Program-made: the position numbers and the translations under genes | Notes under the pieces: generated by a model | Seen by the model: the letters and a program-made list of their open reading frames with translations, nothing else | What the model was told of the DNA's origin: nothing | Databases searched by the model: none | In this document: piece after piece, positions 1 to 12,129 of the stretch | Numbering within the stretch: position 1 is the stretch's first letter | How the letters are laid out: every line of letters begins with the position of its first letter | Assembly: GCF_964194155.1 (NCBI RefSeq) | Contig: NC_135915.1 | Span: 4,154,001 to 4,218,000, forward strand | Direction: 5' to 3' | Source: Cetorhinus maximus | Taxonomy: Eukaryota | Length of the DNA stretch: 64,000 bases

Positions 1-704
1 TGAGCATGAGATTTCGTGAAAATGTGTGAGACAAAATGTGTATGTGAGTGTGGGGAAAAGTGTGAGTGTTCACCAGTCTATGATTGTGTGTGTATGTATG
101 AGAGGAAGAGAGAGAATGCGTGACATTTTCACAGTGTCAGATTGAGTGAGCTTGGGATTTGAGTGCCTGAGCGAAAATGTGTCTGCGAGTGGGTGTGTGA
201 GGGTGAGTGTATGAGGGGCAATGTGAGTGGATGGTACTGTGACTGAGTGCAGGGAATATTGTGCATATGTTTGAGAAAGTATGTTTGACAATTTAATAGT
301 GTGAGATCGAGTGAATATCTATGGCTGTGTGTTATTGTGCGCGTGTTAGTGTATGTGCGTGTGTGTGTGTTTATGTGTGTAATTGAGTGAGTATGTGTTT
401 GTGTATCTGTGTGTGTGTGGGTTTGAGAGAAGCCGGGATTTTCCACGCCGGGCTTGAGTGTTCTCATTCCTTTTCCTATTTTTTGTTCATGATCACAATC
501 CCTATACTCAGGAGACAGCCCAGGCTGGGTCTATGCCACCCAGAAGCTTGTGCACACAGGGAGTAATCAGCCTTTGCCCGAGTGCTTATGAGCCTCGTGT
601 GAGAAGCCTTCTCTGGATGCTTGTCGTTTGCCCCTCACACACGCCCCGATTACAAAGCTTTGCTTTAGCCAAACGACATGCTCCGGCTCCCCTTCAGCTG
701 TATA

Positions 705-1020
705 TCGCTGGAGAGTTTACAACAGCGATGTGACTGCTGCTGGAGAGACCACCCGAGCGATGTAACTACTGCTGGAGAGAACACCCGAGCTATGAAACAA
801 CTGCTGGAGAGAACACCCGAGCTATGAAACAACTGCTGGAGAGAACACCCGAGCTATGTAACTACTGCTGGAGAGACAATCCAAGCGATGTAACTACTGC
901 TGGAGAGACGACCCGAGCGATGTAACTACTGCTGGAGAGACCACCCTAGTGATGTGGCTGCTGCCTGGGGGACCAAACGATCGATGTGACAACTGCTGGA
1001 GGGTCCATTTGAGCGATGGC
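705..1020. repeat. 32-bp minisatellite (ctgctggagagaccacccgagcgatgtaacta), about 10 units
   Basis: 'ctggaga' recurs at 708, 740, 772, 804, 836, 868, 900 and 932. Confidence 0.92.
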
Positions 1021-2525
1021 TGATATAATCGGCAGCATATGGTGCTCATGAAACCACCATATCCAAAGTTCTCAATCGTTCACAATGTCCATGAGCTCTT
1101 CCAGGCCTCCATCCTGTTTAGTCCTGAAAAGTTGATCCATGCATGTTCCGTACCAGCGCGATTTTGCGCTTTCAAGCGCATGGGGTGGGCGGTCGGTGGC
1201 TGGGAGGGCGGTAATTGGACAGAATCGGTTGAAAATGGCATGTTACACAACAAATATGGACTTTTCATTCTAATATGCGAAATACATACTTACCTATATC
1301 GTTACAAATTTACTAGTCAGAATGAGTTCTTGTATTGGTGCAGGTGTAATAGTCATTAATTTAAAAATGCCGTAAAACCCCATTGATAAATATTAAATTA
1401 ATACAAAATGAAGGATTCCATTCAGATCCCCTTGCTGCTGTCCACATAATTATTTCCTCTAGCTTAAATGTGTCCCATGTTTTATGGTTAACCTGCAAAC
1501 TACGTGTATAAATCCAGCAGCCTGCTGGTCCCAGCTGCCCGGCAGCATCAGGTCTGCCTCGGGTCGAGTTGCACCCGGATTCCTTCTCTGTTTGGCAGAA
1601 GATCAATATCTACATTCTTGGATATGTAAGTTTTGAAATCCAAGAATTCGAATTGTTTGCAAGCTATGAACGGAATATATATTTGTAAGAATGACACATG
1701 TTCGCAAACACTTACTTGAGAAATTCTGCTCAGTTCTCCAGGACTGAGTTCCATGAATTTGGCTAAAGTTTGCTGCAAGGATAGCGATCTGCCCTCAGCA
1801 TTATGTACATCCAAAGTGATACATTTAGGACCTTATTATTTGAGGACATCATCGATGATTTGCTTTCCAAACATCAAGAAAGAAAATGTTTCCATGTTTT
1901 CGAATCATATGATGTGCAAACAGATTCGCTGCAGTTTGTATTACTGCTTCCTCTTAATAAGCTGCTGATTGGTCTAACAGCTTTTCTGTTTCTGTCGTCA
2001 AAAGTTTTCATTTTTACCATTTAACAAATCGTGAACGTATTTTAAGTTGAAATTGTTATGTAATGCAAACAGTTATTTTGTAAGACGTATTTTAGTTCCA
2101 AAGTAATGTGATATTTGTGCCTTTACTGTTGCAAATTTGCGAAGATAAAATTTGCAGTCCACTTTCTGTGAGCATTAGAACGGAAACCTTTTATGGAATG
2201 GGCCGTTTTAAACTTGACATACTTCAGCGTCTCAGAATGTCTTAATCCAGTCCTGTAACTGACATTCATAAGACACGTCTTTAACTACTGAAGACCTGGC
2301 TATTTCCTTGTATTTCTATTCAAAACTTACTGACTTTATATTTCATGTCATTGAGCTTATTTCAGAGCTGGAAAACGTTAGGCAATTAAGAGGTTTAAAT
2401 GGATACAATGAATGTCTGTGATACATTGAAGAAAGGAGAATGGAAACTGTGTAAAACTCTAGTTTTCAAAAAAATGATATGTTTTATTAATCAAACAGTT
2501 TAACGTGTAGTACATGACTGTTCCA

Positions 2526-2758
2526 TAATGGCAAAACAATGCGGACGCTGAAAATCTGAAGCAAAAAAAAAATGCTTGGATACTCAGCAGGTCTGACAGC
2601 ATCTGTGGAGAGAGAGAGACAATATTAGTGTATCGACTCCGCATGACTATTCTTGGGACCTCGGAAGAAGAGTCATACGGACTCGAAACTTTTACTCAGT
2701 CTTTCTCTCCACACATTCTGTCAGACCTGTTGAGTTTTTACAGCATTTTTTGTTTTTT
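2526..2758. mobile_element. Miniature fold-back Penelope-derived element (two inverted 3' tails), 16-bp TSD
   Basis: GTACATGACTGTTCCA occurs at 2510-2525 and 2759-2774. The arms 'atactcagcaggtctgacagcatctgtggagag' and 'ctctccacacattctgtcagacctgttgagt' are inverted. The arm sequence matches the tail of the GIY-YIG elements at 39370-39470 and 53970-54070. Confidence 0.8.
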
Positions 2759-2984
2759 GTACATGACTGTTCCACTTTGACTAACAGTGTATTAACGTTC
2801 AATCTCTTTTGATGCAACATGCGTTACTCTGATAATTTGAAACACACATACAAACTGGATAGGCTGATACTTCTCATTTCACATCAAGCACTGCCTTGTA
2901 CTTTTTTTACAGAGGGATCAGATTGATGGCAGAACATTAACAAGGTTTTTCCTAAATAAAAAATATAGTGTGTACTGGAACAAC

Positions 2985-3563
2985 AATCTCTCTCTCTCTC
3001 CCTCTCTCTCTCTCTCTCTCCCTCTCTCTCACTCTTTCTCTCTCTCTCTCTCCTATACCCACACAGGAAGACGAACAGGCTGACAGACACAGGCACGCAC
3101 AGGCACAGACGACAGACAGAGAGATTTACTCTCTCTCTCTCTCACACACACACGTATAAAGAGAAGCAAATGTACAGGCGGACAGATACATAAATAGATG
3201 TGTGCAGTCCGATAGGCACGCACAAACATACACAAACACATACACACACGCACATAAAAATCATACATGCAGACATCCACACATACAGGCAGACATATCC
3301 TCAAATTAGCACCCATGCAAATATACACCCGCACGTACACATAGACGGACAGGTTCTCAGACAGACACAGACGCACACAGCCACAGACATACGCACAAAC
3401 ACACACACACACACATACACATCGTCACACACATTCGAACACACAGACGGACAGAAACATAAATAGACAGATTTACTCACACAGTCAAATACACATACGC
3501 ACACACAAACTCACCTTCAGCAATCTCCCTCGGCTGGGGTTTATCGTAACCGTAGGCGCACAA

Positions 3564-3594
<31 letters not shown>

Positions 3595-3650
3595 TACACA
3601 CACACAAACACACACAAACACATGCACACACACACACACAAACAAATAGA
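2985..3650. repeat. CT/CA low-complexity tract
   Basis: Degenerate dinucleotide repeats; the paralog is at 43360-44070. Confidence 0.9.
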
Positions 3651-3959
3651 TGCTAAATAATTAATATCAATTATACACTCTAGCAAAAATTGACATTTGG
3701 TTGCTAAGTTGGGCTTCAGACCCTATGCAGAGGAATACAATTGTACGTGTTTCTTTTGTTGGGCATAATAACTGATCCACAGGTTATAATGTTCGATCTG
3801 ACTTGTAAAAGTTAACTTGTTAGCCAACACACAGACGGGTAAATTGAGTGTAAATCGTGAATTGGTCATGGTAACTAATATACAGGATAAAAAGTAAAGC
3901 TAATTGTTGCATTGGTCTTGAAAACATTACAAGGAGAGAAAAGAAAGGTATATCGGTAT

Positions 3960-5820
3960 TTCAACTGTTAAGCAACTAATTCAGAAGATTTCTGAACTGT
4001 GAGGAGGACAGAATAGCATTTCCAAAGGGCCTGGACAAGTTAGTGGAATGGATAGGCAGGTGGTTGATGAGGCTGAATACAAATAGTTGCGAAATGATTC
4101 ATTTTAGTAGCGAGAACATGACGAGAGACAGCACAAAATGAAGGAAACATCTCTGAAGGGGGTATGAGCAGAGGGACAAGCCATTGAAGGTGGCAGTATA
4201 TTTTGAGAAATCTGTAACTAAAGCAAGGCTGTATTTATAGTAAAATAGAGTATAAGTGCAAGGAAGCTAGTTCAAATTGTACAAATCACAAGTTTGGACT
4301 CTAGTTGAAGTATTATGTCGAGCTCTGGGCAAGGAATGTGACGTTACTGTCAAGATGACAGATAAGATTCAGGAGAATGTTTCCAGGTTTGAGCTTGGAG
4401 AAGTTGCAGGAATTGGTGTTGGGTCTCTTGCTTTTTGTGGGAAATATAAACGATTTAGAATTGATTGTAGGATAGTTGATCATTAAGTTCGCGAATGACA
4501 TGGATATTGGTGGGTTGGTAAATAGTGCCTAGGATAGCCCCAGATTAAAGGAGGATATAGACGCGCTGGTCAGATGGGCTGATCATTGGCAAATGGAATT
4601 TAATCCGGATAATTGTTTGGTGATTCACTTGGGCAGGACAAGCAAGGCATGGGAGTACACGATGAATTGTACCTGGGAAGTATCGAGGATCAGAGGGATC
4701 TGGGTGTACATATCCACCGGTCCCTTGAGGTAGCGGAACATGTAGATACGATGGTTAAGAAGACATATGGGATACTTGCGATATTAGATGAGGCATAGAG
4801 TATAAGTACAGGGAGGTTATGCTTGAAATATGTAAAACGCTTGTTAGACCACAGCTAGAGTATTGCGTGCAGTTCTGGTATCCACATTATGGGAAGGATG
4901 TCATTCCACTAGAGAAAGTGCAGAGGAGATTTACCAGGGTGTTGCCTGGACTGAAGAGCTTTAGTTATGAAGCGAGATTAGATAGACTAGGTTTTGTTTT
5001 CCTACAAGAGAGCAGATTGAAGGGGGACATGATTGGGTGTATAGAATTATGAGGTGCATAGTTGGGGTAGACAGGAAGGAGCGCATCCCCTTGGGGAGGG
5101 ATCCATAATCAATGGGCATAGATTTAAGCTCAGGGGCAGGAGGTTTAGTGGGGATGTGAGGAACAATTTCTTTAACCAGAGGGTTTTGGGCATCTGGAAC
5201 TCACTGCCTGAAAGGGTGGATGAATCAGAAACCCTCATAACATTTAAGATATGTTGGGATGTGCACTTGCGATGCCATGGCACACAAGGTGATGGGCCTG
5301 GTGCTGGAAAGTGTGTTTAGAGTAGCTAAGTACTTGTCTGCCCGGCGCAGAATCGGTGGGCCAAAACTGACCTTTTTCTGTGCTGTAGACCCCTATGACT
5401 CTACGAATCTAAGTTAGGATTGTTTTCCTTGAAGAAGAGAAGGCTGAGAGGAGATTTGATCTGGCTGTTTAGAATCATGTGTGATCCTTATTAAACAAGG
5501 GGAAAGGGTTCATTTTCGTGAAAGCACTCAGGGTGAGGAAGCTCAGTATTAAGGTCATCAGGACAATAAGCACTGATATCATTAACTTTTATGTTTTCTC
5601 ACAGCGAGTGGTTTGCATCTGTAAAACAGTGACTGAGAGCTGGTGGAGGCAGGTTGAAATGAACCATTCATTCGGGAATTAGAGTAATCCGAAACTGAAG
5701 AAAATGCAGGTTATGGGGAGAAGGCTGGAGAATAGAACTTGGTGAGTTGCTCATTGAGAGATTCGGTGCAGACACGATGGGCCAAATAGCCGCCTTCAAC
5801 TTGCTAACAGTTCTGTGATT
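3960..5820 (+). mobile_element. Nested, decayed CR1-type LINE 3' fragments
   Basis: KF(A/V)ND (FADD-like), LVRPQLEYCVQFWYPHY..LEKVQRRFTR and WNSLPERV motifs, followed by a CR1-type 3' UTR. The paralog is at ~44390-46090. Confidence 0.88.
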
Positions 5821-6334
5821 CTGTTATTTAACTTGATACTTCCATTTCCCTGTGTCCCTCCTATTTCAATCTCTGAATTTCTGCCTTTCGTTTCCAGCTT
5901 TAATTAGAATCAGTGAAATATAGTTGCACTGGCGTAATCCCCAGTACTGCCCCACTTTAAGTATCATTGACCAACCTCCAGCCAGGATCGAGTGTCATGA
6001 CATCATGACGGTGGTTGTTGGTGACCCTTTCCGAATCGAAGCAGTTGGGCCGAATTTCGATTGGCCAATGATCTGCAAGCAAATCTGCGATTGACAGCAG
6101 CGTAAACCAATGGCTATGTGGGCAGGGATAGGCTGTGCCGAGGTGAGCAAGGCGCTCGGCTATTGGTCAGATTTTGAAGCGGGATTTTCATTACTCCAGT
6201 AAATTCCAGGGCTGTTGCATCTCTCCGATTGGATATTGGAGCTGTCACTCTCATGCTGAAACGCTCCAATTGGGCAGGGCAGATGTCCATCACACCTTCG
6301 GGACTCTCTATTTGTTTGAGGAGCTGTCAGTCAA

Positions 6335-7359
6335 TTATTGAACGTTACGATTGAACGAAACTCCGCGCGAGATGGTGGGAATTGGTTTGTGGTGTCTGCT
6401 TAATTGAAGTGCTGACGGCAGCGGCCGGAGCTTACTGATTGGCTGAGGCATCTGACAGCCAGGTTTTTTCTTCATTAATTGAATAATTGATGTAAACGGA
6501 TAATTCATCGCTTTCTTGATCTGCTCTCGGAACTTGGACTGAGTCACAGCGTAAATAAATGTGTTTGTGCAACAACTTAAATTCAGCAGCATCAATCCGA
6601 CTTGTTGTAATATATATTCAGGATAGGTGAGGTAAAATAACCCTCTCAGATCAATATAGAAGAATTTTACAACGTACACCGACCACAGGAGGGTGAAGGT
6701 GACGGATATGGTGAACAGTAAAATCATAGACTTCCTCCTGCTCTCCATCTCTGGGTCACTGCGATTTTCTCCCTTATTCTGAGCCCTCAGTCCCTTCCGG
6801 ACTCGACTGGTCACTAAAATGTGTCTGATTGTCAGAGCGTTAATCAGCAGAATTAAACCGAATGGGAGCAATGGGTTTAAAACTTTATCAAACCAGGAAA
6901 ATCCAACCCATCCGGGATCAGTAAAAACGCTTGGCTTTGCCAAACAGCCCAACGGTACATTGTCAATTATCTCTCCAGGTACCAGTGTAAAGTATTGGGG
7001 GATGTTTTTTAAACCGAGCAGGATACCGGTTGTCGCTAGAACCACAGCCGCAGTTTTCCCGGTGCAATATTCTGTTTTCAGCTTCGGGCAACGAATGGCC
7101 ACAAATCGATCAAAGGAGAAAGTGACGGTGAACCAGACAGAACAGTCTGTGGCTGCAATCTGCATGACACCATGAACACGACACACAGGAGTGAGGTACA
7201 GGAAACTCAGCGGAAAATAATAATAATTGATCTTGTTCAGTATGATGTTTGTGATAATGACCAGTAGATCCGCCGTTGCCATGGCCACCAGGTAGCGAGT
7301 GGTGCAGGTGGAGAGGCCGCACTTTCCCCGGAACAGGATCACAATTCCCAATAAATTAA
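6335..7359 (-). CDS. GPR139-like class A GPCR copy A, exon 2 (spliced protein 362 aa)
   Basis: Polypyrimidine tract and acceptor 'cttctcccctctctctgacag|TTAAT'. Hydrophobic TM segments with YLVAMATADL (TM2), SFDRFVAI (DRY-like) and CCTNTFIY (NPxxY-like) motifs. Conserved Cys in TM3 and ECL2. Frame is open to the stop at 6335. Confidence 0.93.
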
Positions 7360-7629
7360 CTGTCAGAGAGAGGGGAGAAGGTCCTGGAAATTAATGATTA
7401 AACATTCTCCTTGTCTGACCCTCACAGGGAGGTCAGAATTTTAGCATCAAAACAGAGTTTGGTCACAGGAGGACAGGCAGGCCACTGGCTGGTGAGTATT
7501 GCAGATTTTAGCTTTGTTTTCAGATTGAAATTAGCAGCTATGCTACAATCACTTGTTGATTATTATTAAATTTTGTAATTTAAGGATAGGGTGAAATTAA
7601 ACAAACAATAAAGGCAAAACAACAAAAAA

Positions 7630-10560
7630 GAGCCGGATGTGAGCGGGTGTATATAGAACAGGAGTTTACCTTTGAGGGAGCGGAGCGGCTTTATAAAGTG
7701 CAGAGCGGAGTGCCCCTTTGAGGGAGCAGAGCGGCTGTATAAAGAGGGATAGCGGAGTTTACCTGTGACGGAGCGGAGCGGCTGTATAAAGGGCGATGCA
7801 GAGTTCACCTGTCAGGGAGCCTGTTCTCACACAAGCACTGGGCGGTGCTGGAATTCGAAACGAGTGATGTCAGGACAAGGGAGAGAGCTGGATTGTACTT
7901 AGTGAGTAAGGTGATTTTTTTTTCCTGCATTTTAAAAATACATTACAGGAGGTAACAGGCACCGCATTTGACTTTATTTTGCCAGACATACTTTTTTCAT
8001 TTGGCTTAAATTTAGGGAAGCATTCTTTTTTTAATAAAAATGAAAAAAAAACGTATGGCAAAGGGACTCAGGCACGTGATTTGCATGAGGATTCTTCGAC
8101 ACGCATTGCAATGTGAATGACCACATGTGCAGGAAGTGCCACTGGCTTCACCAGCTTAAGCAATGGGTTTCAGAGTGTTAGCGTCAGCTGGAGACACAGC
8201 GGTGCATCCGCGAGGCTGAGAGTTAGGTGGATCGAACATTTTTAGATGAGGTCCCTCAGCAGCTTGAGGAAGTGCGGGAATGGGTGACCAACAGTCAGAA
8301 GATGCAAGGCAGGCATGAAATGAGAAATGCCACGGGTATGTATTGAGGAAAGCCCAAGGAAGGTAATGAGGAAATTCTGTTTTTCTGTGTTGCAAAAGGG
8401 TAAGGGTGAATGATGCTCTGGAGAGTGAAATCAGAGTCAAATTCCAGGCACTGTGGGTGTCTCAGCTGCATAAGTGGGGAGGGGTAAGACTACAAGAGCA
8501 ATAATAGTAGGAAACTAAATAGTGAGGGGTGCAGACAGGAGCGTCTGCAGCCGTAGACGTGAATCCAGGATGGTGTGTTGTCTCCCTGGTAGCAGGACCA
8601 AGGATATCACAGAACAGTTGCAGGGCACTCTGCACAGGTGAGTGCAAACTCAGTGGTCGTGGTTCACATTGGTACTAACGACTTAGGTAGAAAGGGATGA
8701 GATCCTGCAAAATGAATTTAGGGAGCTAGGCAGCAGATTAAAAAGCAGGACCTCAAATGTTGCAACCTCTGGGTGGCCCACTTGTCACGTGAAAGTGAAT
8801 ATAGGAATATGAGGATAGAGAAGATGAATGCGTGGCTGAAGAAATGTTGTGGGGGGGAGGCCTTCTGGTTCCTTGATAAGGGTATATTTGTGGCGAAGTT
8901 GGCACCTGTACACGTCGGACAGGTTGCACCTGAACTGGCACAGGGGCAACATCTTTGTAGGGAGGTTTGCTAGTGATGTTGAGTTGGGGTTGTGGCTGGA
9001 GGGTAATAATGAGTGAATTACAGTAGAGGGTGGTGCACAGCCAAAATAGAAGAGGAAATAAGTGAGTCTGGAAGGCAGAGCAAACGTTAAGGCACAGGGG
9101 AATAATGCAAGGCTGGTTCGCTGCTATTGTAATGAAAGGAGTCTTAAAAGTAAGGCAGATGGATTGAGGGTGCTGATTAACACATAGGAATATGATATTG
9201 TTGCTATCACAGAGACATGGTTGTTTGCTGGGCAGAACTGGCAGCTCAATATTCCAGGGTATAGAATGTTCCGGCATGACAGGGGGCTGATGGCGACTTG
9301 GTGGTGGGGGTTTAAAATGGAAGTTGGCATTGCACGATTGATAAAGAAGTAAATTAATGCCATAAGGAATGATAATATTTTAGAAGGTTGCTTAAATGAG
9401 GCCATCTGTAGAGAACTTAAATACAGTAGGAAATCACTTTGCTGGGGGTGCACTAAATGCCTCCAAAGAGTCAGGGGGGGCTAGAGGAGCGGATATATTG
9501 GAAAATCTCAGAGAATTGTACAAGGGCAATAATATTAGGAACTTTCAATTCACCAATGTTAACTTTGATAGTCTTAGTGTGAGAGGCTTCGATGTGGTGG
9601 AATTCTTAAAGTGCTTGAAAGAGAGCTTTTTAAGCCAACGCTAAAGCCCTACGAGACAAGGGGCGGCACTGGACCTAATCTTAGGGTGTGAAGCCAGGAA
9701 AGTGGTATAAGTGTCAGTGGGGAAAACCGTTTCGGGGAGAGAGACCGTAGTTCGTGAGGATTTAAGGTAGTTATTGAAAATGACAAAGATGGCTTGTAAA
9801 TGAAGGTCCTGAAATTGGGGAAGGCCGACTTCAATATTTTATGACAGGATGTGGCCAAAGTGGACTGGGCGCAGCTAATTGTAGGAAAGTCTACAACAGG
9901 TCTGCGGGAGTTATTCAGAAAGGAAATAGTGAGAGTTCAGGGCCAACATGTTCCTGTAGAGGTGAGGCGTAGGACGAACAATTCAAGGGGATACTAACTG
10001 TCAAGGGACATAGAGGATTGGATAAGGAAAAAGAAAAGTGACTGATGTTAGATACATGGGCGTTAAAACAGCGCAGAAGCCCTGGAGAAGCATAAAAAGT
10101 GCGTGGTGGTGGAGGGGTGTGGTAGTTAACAAGTAGCTAGGAGAGCGAACAGGAGACATTACCAAACACTGGTGGGAAAGGTAAAGGAAAACTCAAGGCA
10201 TTTTATAAATATATTCAGGGCATGAGGATAATCAGGGAAGGCGTAGGACCCATCAGGGTACCAAGTGGCAGATTGTGCTGTAACCGAAGGACAAAGGTGA
10301 GGTTATAAACGCTTACTTTTCATATGTGATGACTGTGGAGAAGGACGATGTAGGTGTTGAAATCAGGGAGGTGGAATGTGATATACTTGAACAAATTAGC
10401 ATTGAAAAGGTGGAGGTATTAGTGGTTTTTGCTTGAAAGTGTATAAATCAACAGGCCCAGAAGATATGTATCCCAGGCTGAAATATGAGGTAAGGGAGGA
10501 GGGTTCAATAGCTCTGACGCTTATTTTCATAAGATCTGGCCATTCGAGGGTTGCCAGTGT
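7630..10560 (+). mobile_element. CR1 LINE, 5' portion (tandem 5' repeats, ORF1 zinc-finger/esterase, APE endonuclease), decayed, inside the GPCR A intron
   Basis: RMVCCLPG and VVVHIGTND esterase-like motifs, CNERSLKSKADGL..YDIVAITETWL endonuclease start, and a GP-D-MYPRL-like motif near 10455. Many stops. Confidence 0.85.
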
Positions 10561-11180
10561 ACTGGAGGAGAGTGAGAGCGGAGAAGCGGGTTCATTAGCA
10601 GTGAGAGAGTAGTTGCCGCGCCAATAACAGTGAGAGAGTGAGAGAGGAGCAACGGGGCCATTAGCAGTCACAGAGTGAGAGAGGAGAAGCGGTGCCATTA
10701 GAAGCGAGAGAGTGTGAGAGAAGATGCGAGAGAAGCAGCGAGGCTGTTAGCAGGATTTAAGTGGCGGGGGAGGATTATCCAGAATGATGTTGGAATCTGC
10801 AACACACTGCCTTAGGGGATGGTAGAGGCAGGAACCCTCACAACATTTAAGAAGTATTTAGATGAGCAGTGGAAATGGCATCGCATACAGGGCTAGAGGC
10901 GTAGAGCTGGGAGATAGGTAGTTGACTCCTGGCACGGTCATGATGGGCCGTAGGACCTGTTTCTATGCTGTATAACTCGGATACTCTGTGACCCTCTGAG
11001 TCTATGAATGAGAGAGGAACAGCGCAGGCATTGGGAGTGGGAGAGTGCGAGAAACAACGGTGTCATTAACAGTGAGAGAACAGAAGGAACAGCGGGAACA
11101 TTAACAGTGAGACAGTGCGAGTTGAGTGAGCAACCATTGGAGCACACGGTGAGAGTGGCCACAGAGCATAACTGAGCAGG
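10560..11180 (+). repeat. Degenerate ~35-bp GA-rich repeat (gagagtgagagaggagaagcggggccattagca) interrupted by a CR1 3' end (~10770-11000)
   Basis: Recurrent 'ccattagcagtgagag' units; the paralog is at 51270-51970. Confidence 0.7.
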
Positions 11181-11269
11181 GGGAGAGGAGAGAGAATGAC
11201 ACCAAGAGATCATTAAACCTATTAGCTGAAGTAGGCTATTCGGACAACGAATCTGTTTGCAATTTAATG

Positions 11270-12120
11270 AGTTCATTGCTGACATGATAATCTTCAACTC
11301 TACTTTCCTTCCATTTCCCAGAACCTTTTGTTACCTTTTTGATTAATAATCTGCCTATCTCAGCCTTGAATATAACGAAAGACCCAGCCTTCAACGCCAA
11401 CAACTGTAAATAATCCACAGATTCACTACGATCTGAGCGAAGAAATTCCTCCTGCTCTCTGTTTTAAATAGGTGACCCCTAACTCTGAGATCATGCCCTC
11501 TGGTCCCCGACCCTCCGCAACGGGAATCAACTTCTCAGCATCTACCCTGCCAAGCTCCCCAAGTATCTTATTTGTTTCAATAAAGCTGCTTCTCAGTCTT
11601 CCAGACTCCAGTGAGTACAGGTATAATCTACTCAACCTCTCCACAGAAGAAAATCCCTCCATACCCAGCTCAATCTAGTGATACTTCTCTGGGCTGCCTC
11701 TAATGTCAGTATATAGTTCCCTAGATATGGGGCCAAAACTGATTACAGTATTCTAGGCATGGCCTAACTTATGCTGTGCAATGTATTAGCAAGACCATCC
11801 AATTTTTTCCTCCATTCCCTTTGAATATATGCCAACAATCCTGTCGCCTTCCCTATTATCTGCTGAAATTATATGTTTATTTTTTGGGGGGGATTCATGC
11901 AGGCGGACCCCCAAATCCCTCTGTGCTGCAGCTTCCTGCAGTCTTTCCCCAGTTAAATAATATTCAGCTCCTCTATTCTTCGTGCCACAGTGCATAATCT
12001 CACATTTTCCCACGTTATATTCCAGCTGCCAAGTGCTTGCCCACTAAGTAAACCTATCTCTACCCCTCTGTGGAAACTTTGTGTCATCTTCACCACTTGC
12101 CTTCCCATCTACTTTGTATC
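11270..12120 (-). mobile_element. CR1 3' fragment, antisense (mostly absent from copy B)
   Basis: Minus-strand GKCEIMHCG..QRDLGV and ERLSRLYLYSLES..LRSSFIE motifs. Confidence 0.85.
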
Positions 12121-12129
12121 ACCCATTAA

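Noticed and set aside
705-1020. Regularly spaced 32-bp (and 40-bp) repeats as a CRISPR array
   Set aside because: Units are head-to-tail with no unique spacers, there are no cas genes, and the context is eukaryotic.
6819-7322. Overlapping ORFs conserved in both copies (6819-7175 +, 7110-7322 -, and the copy B equivalents)
   Set aside because: These are antisense or alternate-frame shadows of the GPCR coding sequence; their conservation is explained by the duplication.
7349-7351. TTG/GTG starts of the ORF-track GPCR proteins (7351 and 47709)
   Set aside because: Both lie just downstream of a splice acceptor; the true ATG is in the upstream exon.
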